A stretch of DNA of 64,000 nt from a virus (Duplodnaviria; Caudoviricetes): positions 1 through 64,000 of the IMG/VR virus record IMGVR_UViG_3300022917_000008. The stretch is one strand, 5' to 3'. Shown piece after piece: positions 56,316-64,000 of the stretch. Under the pieces are notes generated by a model, which saw only the letters and a program-made list of their open reading frames with translations, was not told where the DNA came from and did no database searches. The stretch's first letter is position 1. Each line of letters opens with the position of its first letter. Both the position numbers and the translations under genes were made by a program.

Positions 56316-56390
56316 ATAAAAGTGGGGAGAGGGCTTGCCATCCTCTCCCCAAGAACTCAAATGATCCGCAGTCTCCAGACTGTTTGCTAA

Positions 56391-57821
56391 CTAACCAGCT
56401 GCTTGAGTCTTCCTTTTGGGAGCAGACTTCTTAGCAGTAGTATTCTTGGCTGCAGGTCTTGCAGCTGCTTTCTTCTTTGCTCCACCAAAGAGGTTGAGGC
56501 CATTACCACCACTCATGGCTTGCATGAGCAGTAGTTGACCAATACCACCTCCATTCAGTGATCCACCATTACCACTCATCATGAGTAAGGGCAGCATGCT
56601 GGACAGGTCACCATTACCCTTGGCTTTGGATAGCTGGCTAAGTACCAGTAGCTGACCAATGTCATTACCACCTGCACCTACTCCTACCTGACCACCCTGT
56701 CCACTCATCAGCATGAGCATGAGGGGATCAATGCCATTAATACCCAGGCCATTGGCCTCACCACCTACCATGCTGAACAGGGATATAATCTTGGTATAGA
56801 AGTACATACCAAGAATGTTGCTCCTCTGTAGCTTGTTGGTAGTTGCCCCAGTTACAGGGTTGATGAACTTGTAGTCACCATTGACCTTTTTGCCAGTGAT
56901 AAGCAGTTCTCCATCCAACAGGATGACATCTCCTTCTTCCAGGTCCTGTGTAGGGACCTTGTAGAAGTCTACATCAAACTTCAGGCTGCCTACATCCACA
57001 CGAGTCTTCTCAGTGCCTTCTGTCTGAATGGTAACATAGTTACCCTGTTTGTCCTTAAATGCCAGTTCTCCATTCATGGAGATGGCTATCCTTCCTGGCT
57101 CCAACTTACCAAAGTTGAGGTTCATACCAGGTATGTTGCTCAGTAAATCCATTGTGTTGTTTTGTTGTGCCTCTACAGGCTGATTTGAAATTGTTTGTTT
57201 TGTCCTTTCACTAGGATTGCCCCACATCAGCTGGGCTTCACTAGGTGAGATACTAAGGGCTTCCTTAGTGTTATCACATGAGATGAACCCCCCAGGACTA
57301 TAGGTTTTCCCTCCAATTGTTGCATAGGATGGTATATTACCACCTATCGATTTGACAGGCTCCAGTACTGGGATTACTGCTCCTTTGTCTGCCTCTATGA
57401 CAAAGTGTATCCTATTAGTACTCTTAAGTAATGTGAGGGCCCCAGTTGCTTCGCCTATTACAGCAAAGAGCTTGTCTTTGAGTGTGTTATTATTCACTTC
57501 CTCAGGTTTATGACCATAAATACTTTCATAGTATTTCTCTCTGATCAGTAGATTGGACGCTATTGCATCAAGTTGGTAAGACCTAGGCAATTGATCCCAT
57601 TCTACGATGCGTATCTTGTGGAATTGTGCAGGATACTCTTTACCACTGAGGAGATGTAATATTCTCATCTCCCTATAGTATGCTATAGTGACCCTATTGG
57701 AGTTCTGACAGTTAGCCTCAGTGTGAGTTCTGTCAAAATCGTCTTTGCCCACAAAATAGTAGGCTACCCCCTGCTCCAATTTGCAGAGGTATAAGCCTGG
57801 TAGTACTTCATTGCGTTGCAT
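56391..57821 (-). CDS. Hypothetical protein with a Gly/Met-rich C-terminal repeat region
   Basis: ORF track; repeated (P)L(L/M)(M/L)M.GG units; possible internal start MDLLSN. Confidence 0.7.
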   Translation of the reverse strand: MQRNEVLPGLYLCKLEQGVAYYFVGKDDFDRTHTEANCQNSNRVTIAYYREMRILHLLSGKEYPAQFHKIRIVEWDQLPRSYQLDAIASNLLIREKYYESIYGHKPEEVNNNTLKDKLFAVIGEATGALTLLKSTNRIHFVIEADKGAVIPVLEPVKSIGGNIPSYATIGGKTYSPGGFISCDNTKEALSISPSEAQLMWGNPSERTKQTISNQPVEAQQNNTMDLLSNIPGMNLNFGKLEPGRIAISMNGELAFKDKQGNYVTIQTEGTEKTRVDVGSLKFDVDFYKVPTQDLEEGDVILLDGELLITGKKVNGDYKFINPVTGATTNKLQRSNILGMYFYTKIISLFSMVGGEANGLGINGIDPLMLMLMSGQGGQVGVGAGGNDIGQLLVLSQLSKAKGNGDLSSMLPLLMMSGNGGSLNGGGIGQLLLMQAMSGGNGLNLFGGAKKKAAARPAAKNTTAKKSAPKRKTQAAG

Positions 57822-57852
57822 TGCATTTGTTTGACAGCTTTCTAAATGTTGT

Positions 57853-58050
57853 TTACTTCTGTTGCTGCTCTCTGGGGGATACTTCCAAGATCAAGCCTTC
57901 AGCTACTGTATAATCAAAGACCTTCAGATTGTCCTTGATTGTGATAACTGTTGCTCCATCTAATAATTTGAGTGCCTCTTTATCCAGAGCATCCTCCCCA
58001 GTTAGAATGAGTCTTAGTTTCCCATTCTTTACTATGGTTCCTTTAATCAT
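57853..58050 (-). CDS. Small hypothetical protein
   Basis: ORF track. Confidence 0.6.
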   Translation of the reverse strand: MIKGTIVKNGKLRLILTGEDALDKEALKLLDGATVITIKDNLKVFDYTVAEGLILEVSPREQQQK

Positions 58051-58463
58051 GCAGCGATTGTTTTAAGGTTATGCCCACCATGTAATACATGCCCATGGTT
58101 AAGCCATGCTGCCTCATCCCCTATGATGAGAGGCATCCTATGGTGGTATGGCAGTACCACATTGTTTGCAGCAGTAGTTACTATGACAAAGTTGTGACTA
58201 GGCATGTATAGACATCCTACCTTCATAGGCCCATCCATACCAAAGCCCACATTCTTCTCATAGAACTCATCTACTTCAATAATACCTCTCTGGGCATCCT
58301 TCTTATGCCAGAACCCATGGAGGCTTTCTTCTCTGGCATTAAGTATAGGACCCTGCCCAAAGTCCAATCCAAACTTGCCTTGTAGGATACCAGACAATAC
58401 TCTGTATTGTGCCAGTACACCAGGTGTTATAAGGCCTGTACCTTTTCTGAGTCTTGTACACAT
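58047..58463 (-). CDS. SRAP (SOS response-associated peptidase / abasic-site processing) family protein
   Basis: N-terminal MCTR, NAREE, FYE, IVTT.AN, HHRMP. Confidence 0.85.
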   Translation of the reverse strand: MCTRLRKGTGLITPGVLAQYRVLSGILQGKFGLDFGQGPILNAREESLHGFWHKKDAQRGIIEVDEFYEKNVGFGMDGPMKVGCLYMPSHNFVIVTTAANNVVLPYHHRMPLIIGDEAAWLNHGHVLHGGHNLKTIAA

Positions 58464-58487
58464 AAAAAATGATTTGATTAGTGAAAA

Positions 58488-58799
58488 TTAGAGGCTATCT
58501 AACCCCATGTCATGAGCCTTTGTCCTGACTGCTTTAATGGTCTCTACCAGGTCATTGAATCTGTCCTCATCCATATTGAGAACTTCCTCCAATACATTGT
58601 TAGCCATACTACACAATTCACCTCCACTTGCATCAACTTCTGTGACACAACCATCTTCATAGTTGACTGTGAAGCTGTTACCCAGAGGAGAGATCACACT
58701 GAAACCTGTAGCCTTGGTTATCTCCTTGATTACCAGAGCCTTCTTCTTTCTTGCTGTTGCCATTGTAGCAATTTGTAAACTTGAACACTTTTCCTTCAA
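58488..58799 (-). CDS. Hypothetical protein
   Basis: ORF track; probable start at MATARKK. Confidence 0.55.
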   Translation of the reverse strand: MKEKCSSLQIATMATARKKKALVIKEITKATGFSVISPLGNSFTVNYEDGCVTEVDASGGELCSMANNVLEEVLNMDEDRFNDLVETIKAVRTKAHDMGLDSL

Positions 58800-58804
58800 T
58801 ACTC

Positions 58805-58990
58805 CTACTTATAGGAGAGCTTTCTTTTGGGTGTGGGTCTATTGAGCCTATCATTAATGGTCTTAGTACCCTTAATCCTGGGGCTCTTAACACTATGTGA
58901 TTCATTCCTTGAGTCAGAGGAGGACCCTGGCCATATGAATGAATTGTACAGAATATCATCTGTAGTCTTGAACTGTTCCTCCTGTGCCAT
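58805..58990 (-). CDS. Small hypothetical protein
   Basis: ORF track; tight packing. Confidence 0.5.
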   Translation of the reverse strand: MAQEEQFKTTDDILYNSFIWPGSSSDSRNESHSVKSPRIKGTKTINDRLNRPTPKRKLSYK

Positions 58991-58992
58991 AA

Positions 58993-59493
58993 TTACAGCT
59001 TTTGGTAATTGTTCTGTATGAACTTGATTAGGTCTGTAGTAGAGTTGGCAGGATACACATCAGCTACCTGTACCAATTCAACTCCAGGCACTTGGACTAC
59101 AGGCTCACCATAGTAAGATGTTAGTCCTTTATACAGTTTCACTGGGGTGTTGCGTGAGGTTTGTTCCATGAGATATTCCAGTATACCCTGCAACATATCT
59201 ACAGACTCCATGGTAAATGCTATGTCCACTACATGTAGAGCAGCTACCATTGTGCCTCTGTCCTGTTCAGAGAATACTGGATACTTGCCTTTGGTGGCAA
59301 ACATTAAGGCATCACTATCCACGCCTACAATAAGCATGTCACAGCTAGCCTTGCATTTCTCCAGGTATTGCACATGGAGAGGGTGCAATATGTCAAAGCA
59401 ACCACTGGTTACGCCAATGGTAATACCATCCTGAAGATTCTCCAGGAATGAGCCTAATAGCATTTGGGCTCTGTCTGTGTTGGGGAAGTACAT
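58993..59493 (-). CDS. Cytidylyltransferase-like nucleotidyltransferase (RfaE/TagD-like)
   Basis: SGCFDILHPLH, LIVGVDSD, KG..PV...R, STT. Confidence 0.85.
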   Translation of the reverse strand: MYFPNTDRAQMLLGSFLENLQDGITIGVTSGCFDILHPLHVQYLEKCKASCDMLIVGVDSDALMFATKGKYPVFSEQDRGTMVAALHVVDIAFTMESVDMLQGILEYLMEQTSRNTPVKLYKGLTSYYGEPVVQVPGVELVQVADVYPANSTTDLIKFIQNNYQKL

Positions 59494-59509
59494 ATGTTGT
59501 TTGTTTGGT

Positions 59510-59737
59510 TTAAGGTGTTAGGTCTGCTATGCGTGTCAAACTCCTCTTATGTATTGGTATGATCCTCACTGATTTGCCTTGTGATGCTAACACCTCCTTG
59601 GCAATAACCATCTGTTTATCTGTGTATATCATTGCTTGTCTCTCATCAGTAGTATGAGTAGTAACTGGGGCACTAAGCACTGGTATCACACCATAATACA
59701 CAGTCTTGGCAATGTTTGAAATCATGAATCTCTTCAT
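59510..59737 (-). CDS. Small hypothetical protein
   Basis: ORF track. Confidence 0.55.
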   Translation of the reverse strand: MKRFMISNIAKTVYYGVIPVLSAPVTTHTTDERQAMIYTDKQMVIAKEVLASQGKSVRIIPIHKRSLTRIADLTP

Positions 59738-60198
59738 AACAATGAATGTTTAACCCTGGATACCCTGTGCACCTTTGCTGCACTAGGATAGCCTACTAGG
59801 GTTGGAACCCCTAGTTATAAGAAAATGAAACTCATATACTACAATGTGACCATCTGCAAGGTCCCTTCACATTATAGCAATTACCCAACTATGCCCTTCT
59901 TCACAGCCCTAAATCCAGAACGCTTTGTTCCAATTTACATTCATATGTTACAGCAGGGTAATGTGCTGTCTTACATAGCATACAACTCCTATTACTAGGA
60001 TTCTTGAAAGTAGTGGTTCCACACTACACTCTATACATTGCATGTTGCATAGAGGTTACAGTAACATGAGCACAGGGATGAAGGCAAGAGAACATGACGG
60101 CTAAATCCTTGTTACACACCTATCCTGTGCTCAATAAAATAGAACCCCAGTATAGACATACCGGGGGATCAGGTATCTGGTACCTGATTAGTGTATCT

Positions 60199-60537
60199 TT
60201 AGACCAGCTCCAATACTTGGGTGGTCTCAATTATTTTGTTCACCACAGACTGTACATTCTCCTGTGGTGGAGCTACTTCTACATAGAATGTTGGTGGTAC
60301 ACCAACCCTATGTGGTTCTGCATAGCCAGGTCGTCTTACGAGGAACACTACTGGTATCTCCTCTACAGTGATCTGTGTGAGGTGTGGATGGGTTGGTACA
60401 GGTTCTACACGTGCTACTGTGTATATTGTGCCATGCTTTGGCATCTCCACTAAGAAACTCAACAAGCCTGCTAAAGCAGCAAAGGCTAAGTTCTCTTCAT
60501 CAGGGCGTACAGGTGTGACTAATGATCCTGGTTTCAT
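60199..60537 (-). CDS. Hypothetical protein
   Basis: Start moved to MKPGSLV at 60537. Confidence 0.6.
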   Translation of the reverse strand: MKPGSLVTPVRPDEENLAFAALAGLLSFLVEMPKHGTIYTVARVEPVPTHPHLTQITVEEIPVVFLVRRPGYAEPHRVGVPPTFYVEVAPPQENVQSVVNKIIETTQVLELV

Positions 60538-60646
60538 ATAATGTTGTTTATGTGTTTGTAATAAAGGGAACTCCTTCAACCTATCTTCTGTTAAGGAGAT
60601 ATCCAGAGTTCCCTTGTGCCAACTGAACTGCTCTCACAGAGCTTCT

Positions 60647-60943
60647 TTACTCAGCAATTTCTTCAGGTATGTGAACAATATAGGAGCGTGAATACACCTC
60701 CCTACCATGCTTAACACCTTGTGCCCAGAGGAAGCTAGTAGCCACCCCTAGTTGCACACAGTAAATAAGCACAGTTTCCTCGTTCTTACACTTGTTTGTT
60801 GCTTCTTTCCAGGCCTTGAGTTTGGCATGATCCAGGTTTGGTTCAACCTTAGGATGCCTTTGTCTCTCCTGGGGGATTTCTTGACAGATGGTCTCTGTAC
60901 TGTACATATGCTGATTGTTTGGTTTAGTGGTACCTGAGTGCAC
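60647..60943 (-). CDS. Hypothetical protein
   Basis: ORF track. Confidence 0.5.
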   Translation of the reverse strand: MHSGTTKPNNQHMYSTETICQEIPQERQRHPKVEPNLDHAKLKAWKEATNKCKNEETVLIYCVQLGVATSFLWAQGVKHGREVYSRSYIVHIPEEIAE

Positions 60944-61180
60944 CCCCAGCAGTATGCATAAAGACGTGTGTCTTCATACCTCTACCAGCATCAGGCTCTT
61001 TCTTAGTGCCTGCTGGGTACTGTACTCCACTAATTATTTGGCTATCAGTAAGCCTTCTAAGTGCCCTCCTATGCTTCCTGGAGGATACTTCTAGTGACAC
61101 AAAGCCACGATTTGCCCTGCGTACTGATCTTTGTGAATCAGGACTGGGTGCTGCCTTAGTTGCTCTCTTCTGTCTGCTCA

Positions 61181-61504
61181 TTAGTTTAAACAAAGGGGTT
61201 GTGAATGCCAAAATGCCTGTTGTTGCCTCACTGCGGGTGCCATTTTATTGAGCATCTTCTTTGAATGTAAGAAGTTCTTCTTAGACTGTTGTGCTGCCAT
61301 CCTCAATACATCAACCCTAGCTTTGGTCACATCATCATCAACCATACCAGAATCACCTTGTATCTCAGCTGCTGTTATTGCATTGTCAGCTAGTTTTGCT
61401 GTCCTCCTACTGCGGTCCACAATGTCAGTGTATATTACAAACTCAACATATTGCCCTAGTGCTTCTGGTAAGTGCACACTCCTATGATCTCTTTTCTTTG
61501 TCAT
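61181..61504 (-). CDS. Hypothetical protein
   Basis: ORF track. Confidence 0.55.
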   Translation of the reverse strand: MTKKRDHRSVHLPEALGQYVEFVIYTDIVDRSRRTAKLADNAITAAEIQGDSGMVDDDVTKARVDVLRMAAQQSKKNFLHSKKMLNKMAPAVRQQQAFWHSQPLCLN

Positions 61505-61516
61505 AAGTGTATAATT

Positions 61517-61963
61517 TTAGTAACGAATGAAGTAATACCTAATGCTACCATGAAGGCTATCCCCATCCAATACAGGGCGCTTGGTAGAGTTTGTCCATAT
61601 CCAAGGGTATGGAAAATCTGTGTTATTACACCCCTTTTCATACTCATTTAGTTTAGTACTAAGACCCAATATTGTTGTTAGATACTCCCTTTTCACCTGC
61701 ATGAATGCTTCTTGATACTTCAGTTTCACATCAGCCAGGCTACTCTCAGCTTGTAATAGTGTTACATTCACACAATCAAGCAGAGGTGCTGACCTATTCT
61801 TGGTATGCCTCAGGTAGTGCACTGCTGAATTTGCTAGTTTAATGCTCTGCAATGTACTCTGCAACTGTGCTGCAGCCCTAGTGTACATGGTATCACTTTG
61901 CTGAGCACTAAGGCCGAAAGACACCATGAGGACAATAAGTAATGTACCTGCTACTCTTTTCAT
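61517..61963 (-). CDS. Secreted hypothetical protein
   Basis: Signal peptide ending GLSA|Q. Confidence 0.65.
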   Translation of the reverse strand: MKRVAGTLLIVLMVSFGLSAQQSDTMYTRAAAQLQSTLQSIKLANSAVHYLRHTKNRSAPLLDCVNVTLLQAESSLADVKLKYQEAFMQVKREYLTTILGLSTKLNEYEKGCNNTDFPYPWIWTNSTKRPVLDGDSLHGSIRYYFIRY

Positions 61964-62143
61964 AAGAACTGTGTTTTGGTTAAAGAAAAGGAGGGGGCCT
62001 TGCTATGGCCTACCCTCCCTAATCAAGATCAAGATTGCTCTCATCTATCATTGTACATACTACGAGACCATCGCGTAGTTATTTTTAGTGTGTGTATGTT
62101 CTATGTTATTAAAGACAGGAGGGGGAAGTTCTCCCCCTCCAAT

Positions 62144-62482
62144 CTAGGTACTGATGGCCATGTAGCTACCACCTTTTTGTCTTAGTGCAGCCTTATCCTT
62201 ATGCCTAGTACTGTCAAGGTACTTCTGCAATTTAGCAGGGTCCTTAGTTCTCAGGGTGTATACATTCTCACCTGGCTCAAATGGTGTTAGTATGCCCATT
62301 CTCTTAGGTACACAGCTGGACATTGTAGACAGGTGTGAGTTAATGCCCACTGCTACCACATGGGTGTCAGTAATGTCTATTACCACATGTACCTCAGTGT
62401 CATTGTGGTACCTAAAGAAGCCTATTGACATCTTTTGCATCTCCCCAATGTGTGCACTGAACTGCTCCATTTTCTCATTCAT
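62144..62482 (-). CDS. Hypothetical protein
   Basis: ORF track. Confidence 0.65.
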   Translation of the reverse strand: MNEKMEQFSAHIGEMQKMSIGFFRYHNDTEVHVVIDITDTHVVAVGINSHLSTMSSCVPKRMGILTPFEPGENVYTLRTKDPAKLQKYLDSTRHKDKAALRQKGGSYMAIST

Positions 62483-62499
62483 ATGATGAAGTTTTTGGT

Positions 62500-62841
62500 T
62501 TACCTTATTGGTCCAAGTACTGGTATCCTGGACACACCACCTGGAGCCTTAGTTATCTCCTCAGCTGTGATAGGTATCTGCACCACATCACCAGTGTATG
62601 TCAACCTACCCTCATCAATGTGTTTGGTCTCAGTACCATGCTTCCTCTTGTTTGGAGAGAGTCCATACTGGTTACAGCCTGTGATATTATCACACCTGTA
62701 TACCACTACACCCTCAAAGCCAGTGACTTCATCCCTCAATACCCATCCAAGGCCAAACTTGAATGTGGGTAGTTTGTTTGTGATGTTTGCAACCAGGGGC
62801 TTGGGTGCCCTTGTCTTAGTTGCTTTCTTCTCTGTTGCCAT
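62500..62841 (-). CDS. Hypothetical phage protein
   Basis: LG..RD.VTGFEGVV...ITGCNQY motif. Confidence 0.65.
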   Translation of the reverse strand: MATEKKATKTRAPKPLVANITNKLPTFKFGLGWVLRDEVTGFEGVVVYRCDNITGCNQYGLSPNKRKHGTETKHIDEGRLTYTGDVVQIPITAEEITKAPGGVSRIPVLGPIR

Positions 62842-63154
62842 ATTGGTATTGTTTGGTGTCACTGAATGTAATGGTCCTTACTACAGTCCCATCGAAGTTA
62901 TGCTCTTTAGCCTTCTTACTGTCCTGTATAAAGTCCTCATGTTCGTATGCAGGTGGTACCTTAGGGTCATGCTCCCTGAACTTTACCACAAACTTGGGAC
63001 GTACAGACTTCTTGGAGAAGGCATGTGATAAGGCCATTCTCCAATCATCTCCCCATTGCTCTCTTATTGCTCTAGCCAGGGCACATTCACAATTGCTTCC
63101 AAATATCACATCTTTGAAGTGACTAGCTTTCAGTTGTATAATGTATTCAGCCAT
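62816..63154 (-). CDS. Hypothetical protein
   Basis: ORF track; CALARAI motif. Confidence 0.6.
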   Translation of the reverse strand: MAEYIIQLKASHFKDVIFGSNCECALARAIREQWGDDWRMALSHAFSKKSVRPKFVVKFREHDPKVPPAYEHEDFIQDSKKAKEHNFDGTVVRTITFSDTKQYQYGNREESN

Positions 63155-63516
63155 TAGCGCTTGTTTTTGTATAGTGTAGGCTCAAATAACCAAACCCCAG
63201 CTGTATACTCCTTATTCTTCTTGTTCCATGCTATTGGGAACATGTACTCACCAGGAGGTAATAGTCTCTTATCAGGCTGTGCACCTACACCTTCTACACA
63301 TCTTACAGACTCAATACTGTAGTTGAGGCTGTCATACAAGGAATCCACAGTAAAAACAGTGTCACCATGTGGTGGGATCAACTGCTCAATATTGTGATCC
63401 TGCAGCTTGAGAATCAGCTCATGTTTGTCATTGTTATGCACATGTAGCTTGTATTGTGCCTTAGCTCCTAGACTAACTAGGGCTATTGACAGTAGGAGAA
63501 ACAGTTTTATGCCCAT
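63154..63516 (-). CDS. Secreted hypothetical protein
   Basis: Signal peptide ending AKA|Q. Confidence 0.65.
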   Translation of the reverse strand: MGIKLFLLLSIALVSLGAKAQYKLHVHNNDKHELILKLQDHNIEQLIPPHGDTVFTVDSLYDSLNYSIESVRCVEGVGAQPDKRLLPPGEYMFPIAWNKKNKEYTAGVWLFEPTLYKNKR

Positions 63517-63769
63517 GGTATTCTCTTAGTTTTTGGTGCAGTTCAGCTGCCTGCTTGTTAGTTAATTTGATGTCTTCAGGAGTGAATGGTGTTCCCATCT
63601 TATATCTCCACTTGAGGTCTGCTTTATATGTGTGTGGTGGCCATAGTGTGAAGTTGACTGAGTATGTATTATACCTCTTCCTAAGCTCTGCATAATCAGC
63701 TACATTCAGTAAAGATTCTACATACATAGGTGGGCCTTCCTCTATGCCTTTAGGTTTCTTGTCTGTCAT
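63473..63769 (-). CDS. Hypothetical protein
   Basis: ORF track. Confidence 0.55.
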   Translation of the reverse strand: MTDKKPKGIEEGPPMYVESLLNVADYAELRKRYNTYSVNFTLWPPHTYKADLKWRYKMGTPFTPEDIKLTNKQAAELHQKLREYHGHKTVSPTVNSPS

Positions 63770-64000
63770 ATCTTGGTTTTGTGTTACTGCGCCCCCATAG
63801 TGATAGTGGCTTTAGCATAGAGAGGATTAAATGAGTATCTTTCAACTCAATTGGGCTACTATTCACCCTCACCCCAATCACTTGCATAACCCTTAATAGC
63901 TTGAGGTATCCACATCTATGAGGGAGCAGTAACTGAATTATTTTGGATAGTTGAGTGTATATACATCTTTTATAGCCTGTTCTCCTTCCCTAGTTAGTTC

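Noticed and set aside
1-64000. Stop-codon reassignment, as in some crAss-like phages
   Set aside because: Core genes are full length in the standard code, TAG and TGA both end genes, and I found no convincing suppressor tRNA.

Overview
64 kb of a large lytic dsDNA phage genome, most consistent with a crAss-like (Crassvirales-type) phage of a Bacteroidota host, read in the standard genetic code. 1-3.8 kb (+ strand) is the end of a late/lysis module (PKD-domain proteins, spanin/holin-like genes, GH24 endolysin). After a bidirectional terminator, essentially everything is on the - strand. That includes replication and nucleotide genes (class II RNR, PolA, primase, SF4 and SF2 helicases, AAA ATPase, PD-(D/E)xK nuclease, UDG), a Ubl-E2-JAB-E1 operon, a dispersed ABC-transporter/OmpA module, a TerY-PP2C-kinase triad with a nicotinamidase-like gene, a tmRNA and many small early genes. 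The most striking feature is a non-coding RNA island (43.85-50.27 kb) directly upstream of a 673-aa Ro60/TROVE-like (DUF2828-type) vWA protein. It holds 12 RNAs sharing one bulged-helix motif (5'-CUUAGAAU / UUAG-3', with covarying flanking stems). The motif is grafted onto tRNA bodies at different positions, giving circularly permuted tRNAs, tRNAs with an inserted arm, and minimal anticodon-arm RNAs, many of which keep plausible anticodons. This looks like an expanded Ro60/Y-RNA-like tRNA-mimic system. A separate ~260-nt RNA appears to mimic the L11-binding GTPase-associated centre of 23S rRNA. All family assignments come from motif recognition by eye; no database searches were run.
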